A stretch of DNA of 64,000 bases from a virus. How positions within the stretch are numbered: the first letter of the stretch is position 1; the number at the start of each line of letters is the position of its first letter. Shown here one piece after another: positions 28,641 to 38,899 of this stretch. The notes under the pieces were generated by a model. That model made no database searches. It saw only the letters and a list, made by a program, of their open reading frames with translations, and was not told the DNA's origin. The translations under genes and the position numbers were made by a program. Where the stretch lies: IMG/VR virus record IMGVR_UViG_3300039190_000120, positions 32,324 through 96,323 of that record, one strand, 5' to 3'.

Positions 28641-29223
28641 CCCCGAACCTCTCAACAAATACAGGTGTCCTCTCCCCATAATAGGCCCCGATCACGTTGT
28701 ATTCAAAGAACTCAGTAGCCTCGGAGCGAGACATTGTATCCCGTTCCATGAGGATCTCGATACAGGCGTCGTAATCGTAAGCGACCAGAGGGTCCGAACC
28801 GGCTCGACGTGAGACACCTAAGATAGCCTCGTCAAAGCCGTCCGCAAACCACAGATCATCATACTCCTGTGCTAATCGCTCTCGCCGGGTGGGAGGTGGC
28901 TCCTCTACCTGAAACAGCTCGTGTATCGTATCCTCTGTGATCCTATTTGCCAACTCGTGACGACCTCCAGCCGTCTTGAGAAGCTCATAGATCTGGGGGG
29001 TTGCCCCGCTTTCCTTTAGCTGTGTAAGACTCACTTCCCACCTATACTCCGCACTAGAGTCACAAAACCCGATGGTCCGGGCAGCCGGGTTATCACTACA
29101 ATATATCCGGGACCCCGTAGTCCTAGCATGGTCGTAAGCCATCTGTACTAACCGATCCCCCGCCTTGCTTGACTCACGGAACACACTGTAGGCCTCGTCC
29201 ACGTCAAAGTAGTTGCGAATCAT
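28633..29223 (-). CDS. MIRN-motif protein fused to a common phage domain (DGFDEAILG...YNVIGAYYGERTP)
   Basis: Starts MIRNYF. Confidence 0.7.
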   Translation of the reverse strand: MIRNYFDVDEAYSVFRESSKAGDRLVQMAYDHARTTGSRIYCSDNPAARTIGFCDSSAEYRWEVSLTQLKESGATPQIYELLKTAGGRHELANRITEDTIHELFQVEEPPPTRRERLAQEYDDLWFADGFDEAILGVSRRAGSDPLVAYDYDACIEILMERDTMSRSEATEFFEYNVIGAYYGERTPVFVERFGDE

Positions 29224-29723
29224 TCGTCCTCCAAGGATACACCCAGCTCCGCAGCCATTTTCTCGTAAGCATCTGAGAGGTAGGAAGCACGAGTCACGTA
29301 GGTGTCAGCACCAACCGTAGCAGTAAGCTGGAAGCCTACAGTCCTCGTGTTGTAAGGCTGGCCGTCTTTGAGCCTCTTTTCCAGGATCTGGGCGATACTG
29401 CTCACACGTCGTTTCAGTTCGTCAAGATCCATCGTTTTCTCCTCTTCAAACTTCTCTTTGATTGCCAAATACAGAGCGTCGTCTAGGGGGAGGGAGTCGG
29501 GGAACACAACGTCTATGATGCGGCTTAATTCAGCCTGTAAGCTCTTGATGTGCTGGTCGGCATACCCGACACCACCCTCTAAGGCACGGATACGTTTAAG
29601 TGCCCGCTGGAGAAGGGGATCTGAGGCTCGACCCTCCAACGCCTCTTCTATGGCAGCGCCGCACTCGACGTCATGTAATCCTTCAAGGTCTAGTTGATCA
29701 TCCATTTGAAGCCTCAGGTACAA
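29220..29723 (-). CDS. Hypothetical protein
   Basis: Coupled ORF in operon; start uncertain. Confidence 0.55.
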   Translation of the reverse strand: MYLRLQMDDQLDLEGLHDVECGAAIEEALEGRASDPLLQRALKRIRALEGGVGYADQHIKSLQAELSRIIDVVFPDSLPLDDALYLAIKEKFEEEKTMDLDELKRRVSSIAQILEKRLKDGQPYNTRTVGFQLTATVGADTYVTRASYLSDAYEKMAAELGVSLEDE

Positions 29724-30093
29724 CTACAGGGAAGTCCCGTCTAGGTTCAGGCACGCCGTCGTCTGAGATATATAGGTATCCCAGCTCATGCCACCACGCC
29801 TTGGTAATGGTTCCACCGAAACAGGTGTTCACGTAGCGAATATCGAGAGGCCCTTCGTGACCCCGGAGGGCCTCGATTACCTCCCGTGTTGAGTAGGCGG
29901 GAGGATCGCCCCTGTCAAAGGCACGATCATACATGTAGTTCCTCGAATCTTTGTACTCGACCCACAGGACGTCCTCCCTCCATTCGAGAGACAGTACGAC
30001 ACCCGATATTTCTCTATCCATGCTGATGAAGACAAAGCGGTGATCCGGCTTATCAGATTGCTCCAATACTTCAATGAATTCCGATACGTCCAT
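29698..30093 (-). CDS. Hypothetical protein
   Basis: ORF immediately after topoisomerase gene. Confidence 0.6.
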   Translation of the reverse strand: MDVSEFIEVLEQSDKPDHRFVFISMDREISGVVLSLEWREDVLWVEYKDSRNYMYDRAFDRGDPPAYSTREVIEALRGHEGPLDIRYVNTCFGGTITKAWWHELGYLYISDDGVPEPRRDFPVVVPEASNG

Positions 30094-30097
30094 GACT

Positions 30098-32374
30098 TTA
30101 CTCCCCTTGGCGAATCTCTACCGGCTGGCGGTTCCAGCGAATGAGGTGGCCTCTCTTGATGATCTGGTAGCCCTTGTTACCGCGCTTCGTCGGCTTGTAC
30201 GTCTGGTGAGTAACCATGCGCTCCGCACCACGATTTGTCTCGACGTGTAGATTGGCCCCCTGATTCTCCCCACAAAGGGTGTAGGCCAGTACCTCGTCCT
30301 TATCTGCAAGGCTGATCGCCTTCACGCCTTTGCCAGCTCCCTTGTAGAGCTTGACCTCTTCTGCATCGAAGGTTGTACCCCTACCACCGTGGGTAGCAAG
30401 CACCACATAGTCCTCAGGCCTAACGAGGCAGCAGTTTATCACGGCATCATCGTCATCGAGCCGCTGGTACGTTCGTCCAACCGTGGTCGACGGATCTGTG
30501 AAGCCTTCTAGGTCAAAGCGGACAGCACTGCCACTCTTGGTGACGGCCAACATAATCGCATCCACCGGGTCGGTAGAGGCGGGTAATACGAGGTCGTCAA
30601 TAGTCACCACGTTGACGACACGCTCACCGTCCTCAAAAGAGAACATGGCTTGGATGGGATCTCCATAGCCCGTGGTCAAGGGGAGGTCCGCAACACGAGC
30701 TGTGTAGCACTTACCTGCCGACGTGAAGAAGAGGGCGGTATCCTTAGTGTTGCCGGGGAGTACCCAACCAATCTCGTCATTGTCTCGGCAGCGAAGACTG
30801 GTGAGGTCGCCGTACGACTTCTGGGTACGCACCCAACCGTCACGTGATACGATTACATTCACGTCCTCCGACTCAATGTAGTCCTCTTCGTTGAAGTCGA
30901 AGTCATTGACCTCCACTTCGACGGACGTGCGCCTCTTGTCCCCATACGCTCGTGAGAGTTCTCTCAGCTCGGAGCGGATAAGGGACCAGACAGCTTCATC
31001 ATCGTCGAGGACCTTCCGTACCTGCTTGGCCTCACTCCTCTTGGCAGCCAGCTCGTCCAATACGCTCTGCTTCTCAGTGTTCGCCAGACGGTAGATAGGA
31101 AGAGAGATGATCGCCTCTGCCTGATCTTCGTCGAAGTCAAAGGCTTCCTTCACCGCTGTGCGGGCTTCCCCCTTGGAGGACGCCGACTGGACGATCTTCA
31201 AGAGCTTCTGGGTGTTACTGAAGGCCACCTCGTAGGCTTCGAGCACGTGGATACGCCGCTCTAGTCCGTCAAGTTGGTGCTGGAGTCTGCGGGTCGTCAC
31301 CTCGAAGCGGAAGTCGAGGAATGCCTGCAAGATCTCTTTGAGGTCTGCCCTCTTGGGCTCAGGAACCGGCAACTCGTCCGTGGGGAACAGGCAAGTGAGG
31401 TTCATGTGGAAGCGATCTTCCAGTGGAGTCTTCTTGAAGAGGTAGGCCAGTGCCGCCTCGTGGTCAGCTCCCCTCTTGAGTTCGAGGACAATACGCACCT
31501 CGTCTGTGCTCTCGTCCCTCACGTCTGTCACCTGAGGGAGGTCGGAAGTAGCCACGTGAGAAGCAATCTTCTCGATCATGCTACTCTTGTTGGCTGCGTA
31601 CGGGATTTCAGTGATGATAATGGCCTTCTTGCCCCGGCCCATATCTTCGATTTCCCGCTTAGCCCGGATGGTGAACGAGCCCTGCCCTTCTTCATAGAAG
31701 GACGTAATCTCGTCTTGGTTCTCCAGAATGACGCCGCCTGTGGGGAAGTCCGGTCCCTTGATGTGGTGCTTGACAAGGGTGGAGATGCGTCGGGTCGGGT
31801 TAGAGATCAGATCAATACAGGCGTCGAGCACTTCCTTTGCATTGTGGGGCGGGATATTCGTCGCCATACCCACCGCAATTCCCGTGCCTCCATTGATCAG
31901 GAGGTTCGGTACCTGAGCAGGTAGGACGTCCGGCTCTTCTTCGGTGTTATCGAAGTTGGTTCGGAAGTCCACCGTGCCATCTTTGAGTTCCTCCAGCAGA
32001 CGCTCTGCCATCGGAGCCAGACGGGCCTCGATATACCGCATAGCTGCAGCCCCATCACCGTCGATCGAGCCGTAGTTGCCGTGGCCGTCCACGAGGGGAT
32101 AGCGCATCGAGAAGTCCTGAGCCATTCGTACCAGCGTGTCGGCAATACTCTGATCACCGTGAGGGTGATAAGCAGCCATGACACGCCCGACGATAGCGGC
32201 GTTCTTCCGGTACTTGGCTGACGAGGAGAGTTTGAGGTCATTGTACATCGCGTAGAGAATCCTACGCTGCACCGGCTTCAAGCCGTCTCTCACGTCAGGG
32301 ATTGCCCTCGACGTGATCACGCTCATAGCGTAGCTCAGGTATCTCTTGCGGATTTCTTCGTGCATCAAAGCCAT
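30098..32374 (-). CDS. Type IIA DNA topoisomerase subunit A (GyrA/ParC family)
   Basis: RAIPDVRDGLKPVQRRILY, YHPHGD, AAAMRY catalytic Tyr, GIAVGMATNIPPHN, beta-pinwheel CTD; no clear GyrA box. Confidence 0.95.
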   Translation of the reverse strand: MALMHEEIRKRYLSYAMSVITSRAIPDVRDGLKPVQRRILYAMYNDLKLSSSAKYRKNAAIVGRVMAAYHPHGDQSIADTLVRMAQDFSMRYPLVDGHGNYGSIDGDGAAAMRYIEARLAPMAERLLEELKDGTVDFRTNFDNTEEEPDVLPAQVPNLLINGGTGIAVGMATNIPPHNAKEVLDACIDLISNPTRRISTLVKHHIKGPDFPTGGVILENQDEITSFYEEGQGSFTIRAKREIEDMGRGKKAIIITEIPYAANKSSMIEKIASHVATSDLPQVTDVRDESTDEVRIVLELKRGADHEAALAYLFKKTPLEDRFHMNLTCLFPTDELPVPEPKRADLKEILQAFLDFRFEVTTRRLQHQLDGLERRIHVLEAYEVAFSNTQKLLKIVQSASSKGEARTAVKEAFDFDEDQAEAIISLPIYRLANTEKQSVLDELAAKRSEAKQVRKVLDDDEAVWSLIRSELRELSRAYGDKRRTSVEVEVNDFDFNEEDYIESEDVNVIVSRDGWVRTQKSYGDLTSLRCRDNDEIGWVLPGNTKDTALFFTSAGKCYTARVADLPLTTGYGDPIQAMFSFEDGERVVNVVTIDDLVLPASTDPVDAIMLAVTKSGSAVRFDLEGFTDPSTTVGRTYQRLDDDDAVINCCLVRPEDYVVLATHGGRGTTFDAEEVKLYKGAGKGVKAISLADKDEVLAYTLCGENQGANLHVETNRGAERMVTHQTYKPTKRGNKGYQIIKRGHLIRWNRQPVEIRQGE

Positions 32375-32391
32375 TCGTGTGTCCTATCTGT

Positions 32392-32595
32392 CTAATCTAA
32401 TTGGAGGTAGCTTCCCCGCCTCGGAGGAATATTGAGCTTTTCCCCGTAAACATTCATATCCATCCCATCCACTTGCAGAGTTACATACACGTGTATATAG
32501 GAATAGGTATCCAGACCTTTGTGTAAATAGATTTTACCGGGTCCTATTAGGTCAGGGATTGCCCGGCCCAGCACGTTGAAAAGGTTACGTATCAC
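32392..32595 (-). CDS. MIRN-motif protein
   Basis: GTG start, MIRNLFN. Confidence 0.55.
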   Translation of the reverse strand: MIRNLFNVLGRAIPDLIGPGKIYLHKGLDTYSYIHVYVTLQVDGMDMNVYGEKLNIPPRRGSYLQLD

Positions 32596-33178
32596 GGGAC
32601 TCCAGTATCTTGTCGAGCATCAGGGCCAGTACAAAGGCGTGGCCCATCTTCTTGTCGGGACTGTTGAAGACCTCGTTGTACGTGAGCCCTTTAGCTTTAT
32701 GGTCGTACCCGTCGAAGTCTCGAAGGGCAACCTTTGTACCACCCAGAACCATCTTGGTCAAGCGTCGGAAGGCATACGTATCACGCAGAGCCTGCGAGTA
32801 GATCCGGGTGTAGATCTTCTTTCGAGCCTCTGTGTAGGTAAGACGTTCGCCGTCCCACCAACTGAACTCCGGCTTAGCACCCTTACCCATCGGGTACCGG
32901 TGAGCATAGCTATCTGCCCAGCCTTCTGTGGCCCACTCCCAATAGAGATCATTGGGCTCGCCATCTTCACCGACGTGCTCTAGGTAGACCTTGCTGAACT
33001 GCCAGCCGTTCTCGACGTTCTGCGCCACGTGCCCGTCATATAAATCTACAGGAGCGGCGACGAAAGGACTGAGGCCCTTCGTCCAGTTCTGTGATCTGGA
33101 AGTGGTTACGATCTCCTCGTAACCTTCGGGTACAGGGTCACGATAGCTGATTACTCTAACAAGGGGGTCGTCACTCAT
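32585..33178 (-). CDS. DUF6939-like protein
   Basis: TTSRS.NW..GLSPF, VENGWQFSKVY, ARKKIY..IY motifs. Confidence 0.55.
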   Translation of the reverse strand: MSDDPLVRVISYRDPVPEGYEEIVTTSRSQNWTKGLSPFVAAPVDLYDGHVAQNVENGWQFSKVYLEHVGEDGEPNDLYWEWATEGWADSYAHRYPMGKGAKPEFSWWDGERLTYTEARKKIYTRIYSQALRDTYAFRRLTKMVLGGTKVALRDFDGYDHKAKGLTYNEVFNSPDKKMGHAFVLALMLDKILESRDT

Positions 33179-33438
33179 ATGAGGTCGATAAGGTCTTCAG
33201 GTGGGGTGAGGTCAAGCTCTTGGCCGTCCCAAAAGCGGACCTTCGTTTTCGTATAGAGGGCGGTAGGCTGGAACTCGTAGAAGAACCAGTTACTCCGGGT
33301 CGTGTGGATAGGCTCTTCGAGGGAGGTCAGCCATCTTCTGATTTTGCCTTCCTCACGTTCTCCCTGCTCTTGCCCCAGAAAGCGACTGAGGTGGCGCATA
33401 ATGATGGGGACGGTCTGCTCTACTAGTGCTTCATCCAT
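33175..33438 (-). CDS. Hypothetical protein
   Basis: Coupled small ORF. Confidence 0.55.
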   Translation of the reverse strand: MDEALVEQTVPIIMRHLSRFLGQEQGEREEGKIRRWLTSLEEPIHTTRSNWFFYEFQPTALYTKTKVRFWDGQELDLTPPEDLIDLI

Positions 33439-33439
33439 T

Positions 33440-33646
33440 CTAACTCTCCTGCTCCGAATGCCACTTCAAGAACTCAAGGGCCTCCGACCGGTCCACAAGA
33501 AGGTCGACACCTCCAAAGACGAGGACGTAATCCTTACTGTTCTGACCGCCCCTGTTCTTTTCCTCCGGCGTCGTAGGTCGGAGCGTCCACTCCACCGTGG
33601 GGTGCAGCTCCACGAGACTGATTGCTGGGTTGTTGCTTATCTCCAC
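33440..33646 (-). CDS. Hypothetical protein
   Basis: GGAGG RBS before GTG. Confidence 0.5.
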   Translation of the reverse strand: MEISNNPAISLVELHPTVEWTLRPTTPEEKNRGGQNSKDYVLVFGGVDLLVDRSEALEFLKWHSEQES

Positions 33647-33803
33647 GTACCTTTACCTCCACTCCACGGTCCTCCGAACACCCATCAAGGGCATAGTGCT
33701 TCTCTCCAAACGTAACCCCAAATAGGAGCGCCCAGAAGACTAGGAAAATGATGATGAAAAACAAGCAACCACCACAGTTGCATCCGATCTCTACGTCAGC
33801 CAT
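33534..33803 (-). CDS. Small membrane protein
   Basis: GCNCGGCLFFIIIFLVFWALLFGV; 3' end overlaps next gene and may be frameshifted. Confidence 0.55.
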   Translation of the reverse strand: MADVEIGCNCGGCLFFIIIFLVFWALLFGVTFGEKHYALDGCSEDRGVEVKVRGDKQQPSNQSRGAAPHGGVDAPTYDAGGKEQGRSEQ

Positions 33804-33815
33804 GCCGAATCTCCC

Positions 33816-33983
33816 TTATTCAGGTGCCTCAGATACCTCAGGGGGTGCCTCTTCTCCGCCCCCGGTGGTCGAGGTACACATGCTCGTATAGATAACAAGG
33901 GTGAAAACAGCCCAGAGGAGTACGAAAGCCCTAAACACTCGCCCCCAAAACCCCTTGCTCTTCTCTTTGATTTCAACTTCCAT
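33816..33983 (-). CDS. Small membrane protein
   Basis: MEVEIKEK..FRAFVLLWAVFTLVIY single TM. Confidence 0.55.
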   Translation of the reverse strand: MEVEIKEKSKGFWGRVFRAFVLLWAVFTLVIYTSMCTSTTGGGEEAPPEVSEAPE

Positions 33984-33993
33984 GACATATCTC

Positions 33994-34812
33994 CTATAAC
34001 GAATTAAGATGGTCACTAGCTAGCTTATATTTCCGGGGGAGGTAGCGGGTAGCTTCCGCATACAACCAGTTAAATATCCGTCTTGTCTTTACATTACCTT
34101 CACACTGTAAAGAATAGGCATTTGCTACCGAATCAGAGCACACCTTACCCAGACTCACACCCACATTCTGTTGTATCTTATCCTTCACATGCAAAAGGTA
34201 ACTTTCAGTGGACGAGCGTAATGCGAACACTAGTTGCGGCGTGACAGCTTTTTTGCGCAGGTAAAAGGACCCATCGCCCTCAAAGAATCCCCTGAGGTAA
34301 TGATGGTATAGATTTTCGGGTAGATCCGGCGCTTGGAGATGCTTGGTTTTGTTAGGTATGACACCCCACCCCTTTAGATCATCAACTAGCTCCTTCCTGC
34401 TAATGGAGATAGCACAATAGGGATGCCCATTTTTAGTGACACCCTCTCTGAGTTTATGACCGGACTCAATATCTCTCTTGAAGTTAGCAAGGTGTTCCTT
34501 ATCCTTACCAGATAGTCTAATGCTTAGATGCCAACTACCACTCCCACCTTGAGACACACACCCGTCTGCCGTAATAAAACCCAGCCAATACGCTGATTCC
34601 TTCGTTAGCTTATTAAAATACTGATCATTACAGCGAAGAAGATTACGGGGACCGTGTTTTCGGTCTCTGGAAATGCCCCTACGCTTGAGAATTCGCCAGA
34701 CCGTAACCGAACTAATCCCAGATTCCTCTGCTATATTAGCTACAGACATATCATCCGTTTGGTAGAGATTACACACCAAAGTCTCTACCTCCCGGCTGGT
34801 TCTCTTACCCAT
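33994..34812 (-). CDS. Free-standing LAGLIDADG homing endonuclease with N-terminal HTH
   Basis: AYWLGFITADG and YLRGFFEGDG; visibly more AT-rich than neighbours. Confidence 0.9.
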   Translation of the reverse strand: MGKRTSREVETLVCNLYQTDDMSVANIAEESGISSVTVWRILKRRGISRDRKHGPRNLLRCNDQYFNKLTKESAYWLGFITADGCVSQGGSGSWHLSIRLSGKDKEHLANFKRDIESGHKLREGVTKNGHPYCAISISRKELVDDLKGWGVIPNKTKHLQAPDLPENLYHHYLRGFFEGDGSFYLRKKAVTPQLVFALRSSTESYLLHVKDKIQQNVGVSLGKVCSDSVANAYSLQCEGNVKTRRIFNWLYAEATRYLPRKYKLASDHLNSL

Positions 34813-35834
34813 AGCACATCTCCCAGAGCCGACTATAAAAACCTTCGGGAGAGTTCATAGACAAACCTGATTGCTGAAAGTCATTGATTTCAACCACGAT
34901 CCACCGGCCCTCTTCTGTCTTAGCCACGTCAACCACAAAGGCTGGTACCTTCGGGGCCAATCGAGCAGCTACCAGATCGGCCAGCTCTCGTGCTTCCTCA
35001 GGGAGAGGTCCCATCTGTTCGGCACACTCAGCTTGGGACCAGTAGTAGGCCGCACTCACGAGGTCAGTGCCCCAGAAGAAACAGCGCCACTCATTGGTGA
35101 TGGGCATCCCATTGATACCCTCTTCGAGCTTCTCAAGAGGCACGTACTCTCTGATTGCCAAGCCTTGGTCTGCCAAGCAAGGGGTCGTCATACAGGCGGC
35201 TTAGGACGGCTCTCAAGGCCTCTCGATCTTCCGCAAACATGTGGGTATCCCACTTGAACTTACGGCTATTCGTCTTGCCCTTGACAACGTACCCATGCTC
35301 TGTATCAGGCACGTTCTTCCAGCCCATACCGAACCACGTCTGCGGAGTCAAAGAAGGTCCCAGATCGTGGTACCACTCCATATCCGCTATATACTTGTGC
35401 TGCTTATGAGTGTTGACCAGACGAGAGCCTTTCGATTCCAGCTCTTCCTCTAGATCCTTGTAGAAGGGGAGACACGAGTACCTGCCAATGACCGTGGCAT
35501 CTTCTGGTATCTCAGAGCGAAACCGCGTCAAGAGAGATCCCCAGATTCGCTCTGCGACCTCGTACTCTTCCTCGGTGTCTTGGTCACGACGGAACAGGAT
35601 ACGGTAGTCCACAGGCTCCGGCTCGTCCCCAATCAGGATGGTATACCAGTTGATCCCCACTTTCTCGGGGTCTTCATCCTCCACAAACTCACCAAGGTAC
35701 CACTCAGGTGGGCCTTCCCGGAAGGCATTGATGTTCCTCTTCCACCGCTTCCCGATGGTCGTGGCCGTGGGGAGGGAGCATGAATACTCCCGGAGCTTGT
35801 CGAACTCCTCTTGTGTCAGGCGTATCGTTTCCAT
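34805..35834 (-). pseudogene. ATP-grasp (R2K/DUF4343-like) protein split by a +1 frameshift
   Basis: YVVKGKTNSRK in 35133-35834; IREYVPL, NEWRCFF, FVVDVA, IVVEIND in 34805-35191; removing one G near 35172 joins them. Confidence 0.75.
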
Positions 35835-36304
35835 CAGGAAGCCACCTTTGCTTGGTCGTGGTATTTCAAGAGGTACAACTCGCAGTCGGCCAGAAAAGAC
35901 GACTGGTACCTTCGGAAGCGCTCATTCAGGCTAATCAAGCACTGGTAAGCCTCACTCTCCGTATTCTCCAGATCGGAGCGATACCGGCGAATGTAGACAA
36001 GAGCGTCAGATACGAGAGCCAAAATAGTGGCCGCTACTCCCGCATCCAGTACATGGTCCATATCGTCAAGCACACTGAGCAGGCGAATCCCCTGAGAGGC
36101 AAAGCCGTGCTCAGCCCAGCGAAGGAATCCACCCTCCTGAGAGAGTTGCTCATTCAGGTTGCCCAGCAAGACCGCTGCCACCTGTTGGGCTCCCAGATGG
36201 TCTAGGAACTCCGCATAGCTCCAGTCCACGCCTTCCCAGCGGGCGTACGCCTCGTCCATTAGGCGCTGATGCTCACTATCTTTCATTGCTTCCATACGTA
36301 ACAC
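35834..36304 (-). CDS. Hypothetical protein, possible DUF4375/DMP19-like
   Basis: LGNLNEQLSQEGGFLRW resembles the NGGFxQ motif; promoter TTGACG-17-TATGCT at 36331-36359. Confidence 0.45.
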   Translation of the reverse strand: MLRMEAMKDSEHQRLMDEAYARWEGVDWSYAEFLDHLGAQQVAAVLLGNLNEQLSQEGGFLRWAEHGFASQGIRLLSVLDDMDHVLDAGVAATILALVSDALVYIRRYRSDLENTESEAYQCLISLNERFRRYQSSFLADCELYLLKYHDQAKVAS

Positions 36305-36355
36305 CTCGTACCAATACGTTAACGCAAGGCAGCATACCGTAATGTCGGAGGGGCG

Positions 36356-36598
36356 TCAAAGGTCTTTGGAGATTTTCAGTGCCCCTTCGCAGATAGAGCA
36401 TGTACCTTCCACAGCGATACCTGCCGACACCTCTTGGACCCTACCCGTATTGTCACAGGCAAAGCAGTGATCAAAGGTTACTTTACGTACTACCACGCTA
36501 GGCCTCCCATCTTTTGGAGGCCCCACTGTGACTAGAGGCTCGCCTCCCTTCTCAAGGTTGCTCAGGTGAAGATCGAATACAACAGGCTTAGTTACCAT
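36356..36598 (-). CDS. Small zinc-finger protein
   Basis: CFAC...CSIC. Confidence 0.5.
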   Translation of the reverse strand: MVTKPVVFDLHLSNLEKGGEPLVTVGPPKDGRPSVVVRKVTFDHCFACDNTGRVQEVSAGIAVEGTCSICEGALKISKDL

Positions 36599-37133
36599 AG
36601 ACGCGGACGTAATCAACATAGCTGTGGGTGTCGCAGGTTTCGACGAAGGACTGCATCCACTGATCTTCATCAAGCTCAGGGTAGTAGACGCAGGTGTCGT
36701 CCTCTTCGACCTCTTCGTGAACGATGGTTAGACGGAGTTCGTCGGTCAGGTGCAGGGTCTGGCGATAAATCTCCCCACCGCCAATCACGTAAACCTCCTG
36801 ATAGTCCGCACAGTCAGCGAGCGCATCCACGATACTACGAGCAAAGACCACTTCGGCCCTGTCTGTCTCGACGTGGATGCAGTCCTGCTCTCCCTCATAG
36901 GTGAGGGTCTCGCCACCAAACTCCACCTCTTCCCGTCTCGACAGGACAACATTGATGCGGGAAGGTAGAGGCTTTGAGCCCAAAGACTCGAACGTAGTAC
37001 GGCCCATGATGATGGGGTGCCCCGTCGTAATCTCTTTGAAGCGACGAAGGTCATCTTTGATCATCCAAGGGATGCCGCCATCTTTGGCAATTACGTGGTT
37101 CTCACTGAGTGCTGCGACGTGATATACTTTCAT
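36588..37133 (-). CDS. folA: Dihydrofolate reductase
   Basis: IPW.IKDDLRRFKEITTGHPIIMGRTTFES, PLPSRINVVLSR, VIGGGEIY. Confidence 0.95.
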   Translation of the reverse strand: MKVYHVAALSENHVIAKDGGIPWMIKDDLRRFKEITTGHPIIMGRTTFESLGSKPLPSRINVVLSRREEVEFGGETLTYEGEQDCIHVETDRAEVVFARSIVDALADCADYQEVYVIGGGEIYRQTLHLTDELRLTIVHEEVEEDDTCVYYPELDEDQWMQSFVETCDTHSYVDYVRVYGN

Positions 37134-37152
37134 TCCATTCTCCTATGGTCCT

Positions 37153-37986
37153 TTAGACTGCAACGGGAGCTGTGATTTTGGGGTCGTGCTTGTATCCCAC
37201 GAGGTTAATGTCCTCGTAAGTGAAGCCGTCAATATCTTTGATCTTGGGATTGAGCATCAGCGTGGGAAGATGCTTCGGCTCACGGGCCAACTGCGTACGC
37301 ACCTGTTCAAGATGGTTCTGGTAGATGTGCAGGTCGCCAAATGAGTGCACGAACGTACCTACCTCCAGATCACATACCTGAGCAATCATGTGCGTAAGCA
37401 AAGCGTAGGATGCGATATTGAAGGGTACACCCAAGAAGGCGTCAGCACTGCGTTGGTAGAGCTGACAAGAGAGCTTCCCGTCGTCTACATAGAACTGGAA
37501 GAGAATGTGGCAGGGGGGTAGAGCCATCTCTTCAATCTGAGCAGCGTTCCAAGCGGACACGATGTGACGCCGGGAGTTCGGGTTGGTCTTGATGCTCTCG
37601 ATTACGTTGGCAATCTGGTCTATAGGTCGTGTGGAATAGGCAAAGTAAGGGACCGCTCTACGTTCTCGTATGTACTTAGGCCACGAGCGCCACTGATACC
37701 CATAGACAGGCCCTAGCTCACCGGTTTCATCGTCACCCCATTCATCCCAAATCGAAACGCCACGCTCCTGCAGGTCGAACTTATTGGTAGAGCCCGAAAG
37801 GAACCAGAGCAGCTCTTCGGCCACACCCCGCCACCACACACGCTTGGTGGTGACGATAGGGAAGCCCTCGCTCAGGTCGTAACGGTTCTGGTACCCAAAG
37901 GTACTGAGGGTTCCGGTACCTGTACGGTCGCCCTTCTCAGAGCCATTCTCAAGCACGTATTCAAGTAAGTCTAGGTACTGCCTCAT
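37153..37986 (-). CDS. thyA: Thymidylate synthase
   Basis: [43 protein letters not shown]. Confidence 0.97.
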   Translation of the reverse strand: MRQYLDLLEYVLENGSEKGDRTGTGTLSTFGYQNRYDLSEGFPIVTTKRVWWRGVAEELLWFLSGSTNKFDLQERGVSIWDEWGDDETGELGPVYGYQWRSWPKYIRERRAVPYFAYSTRPIDQIANVIESIKTNPNSRRHIVSAWNAAQIEEMALPPCHILFQFYVDDGKLSCQLYQRSADAFLGVPFNIASYALLTHMIAQVCDLEVGTFVHSFGDLHIYQNHLEQVRTQLAREPKHLPTLMLNPKIKDIDGFTYEDINLVGYKHDPKITAPVAV

Positions 37987-38141
37987 TCTTCCTCCAAGGT
38001 GCTCGCCAGCTTTGTTAGTATGTCAATGAGAGCCTCACAGAGTCGAACCTTCTCTTGGTCGGCTTGCAGTACGCCCGTCTTTTCTTTTAGCTGCTCCCGC
38101 TCAAGAATACGGCGGGCCTCTTCTAGGGTCATATCTTCCAT
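37983..38141 (-). CDS. Small hypothetical protein (52 aa)
   Basis: [14 protein letters not shown]..., GAGG RBS, ATGA overlap with thyA. Confidence 0.6.
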   Translation of the reverse strand: MEDMTLEEARRILEREQLKEKTGVLQADQEKVRLCEALIDILTKLASTLEEE

Positions 38142-38210
38142 TTGCTACCTCAACGAATTGATCACGTATCATGTATGCCACGTGTATGATCACACGTCAA
38201 GGTGGCGCAC

Positions 38211-38252
38211 AAAAAGAAAACCCCGGCTACCACATAAGGGCAGTAACCGGGG
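38211..38252 (-). terminator. Rho-independent terminator
   Basis: CCCCGGTTAC/GTAGCCGGGG stem then TTTTCTTTTT. Confidence 0.75.
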
Positions 38253-38273
38253 TTGGTTTTGGGGCGGGAGACA

Positions 38274-38585
38274 TTACCCGCTATGTTCTTGACACCCTTC
38301 GCACAGATAGAAGAGATCGACCTCTCCCGACTCGACTTCATCCATGCTCTCAAAGAGAGCGTCCTCTCGTTGACGAGGGAGGATGGAGGAGTTGCAGGAG
38401 ACGCAGCATGAAGAGTTGTAGCTCCGTCTCAACCGTGCAGCCGGAAATTGCTCCAAGATGATTTCTTTGGGAGCCCCCAGAACGAAGTCGGCATAGGCGA
38501 CTCCGTGGATCTTCCGAAGGCAATCGTAAAACATCTGAAACACGTCGTTGTTCAGTTCATCACCCGTGAGGTACCGCGCTGACAT
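38274..38585 (-). CDS. Cys-rich hypothetical protein
   Basis: CVSC...CEGC. Confidence 0.55.
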   Translation of the reverse strand: MSARYLTGDELNNDVFQMFYDCLRKIHGVAYADFVLGAPKEIILEQFPAARLRRSYNSSCCVSCNSSILPRQREDALFESMDEVESGEVDLFYLCEGCQEHSG

Positions 38586-38899
38586 TAGTTGCCTCGTTTG
38601 ATTCGTAGTCGTCTTATTACCTTTGCTACAGGCTTGGGGTTAAGTGCATCGAGGTTAACCTCTCTAGCCTTCCTTCCCAGCCGAAGACGTATTGCTTTCA
38701 CGAAAGCATGGGGGTTTGAGTAACCCGTACGCCGCTGGGCTCGTCTGTACTCGTACCAGAGTACAGGTGAGGTAAAGAGTAAGAGAACAAGACGAAACCA
38801 GTAGAGCGCCTTCTCTGTACCCGTAAGGGGTACGGATTCGATCAAGCCGTTACCTGACCCTTCACCTGAGTCTATCTCTTTTGGTTTCATTTCTATCAC
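38585..38899 (-). CDS. Membrane-associated hypothetical protein
   Basis: ALYWFRLVLLLFTSPVLWY hydrophobic segment. Confidence 0.55.
   Translation of the reverse strand: MIEMKPKEIDSGEGSGNGLIESVPLTGTEKALYWFRLVLLLFTSPVLWYEYRRAQRRTGYSNPHAFVKAIRLRLGRKAREVNLDALNPKPVAKVIRRLRIKRGN

Noticed and set aside
32140-32175. Quinolone-resistance significance of HPHGDQSIAD in the topoisomerase
   Set aside because: Variation at this position is common in divergent topoisomerases; nothing supports selection by drugs.
21424-34812. Group I introns around the GIY-YIG and LAGLIDADG genes
   Set aside because: Both abut complete neighbouring ORFs with no room for an intron core; treated as free-standing.
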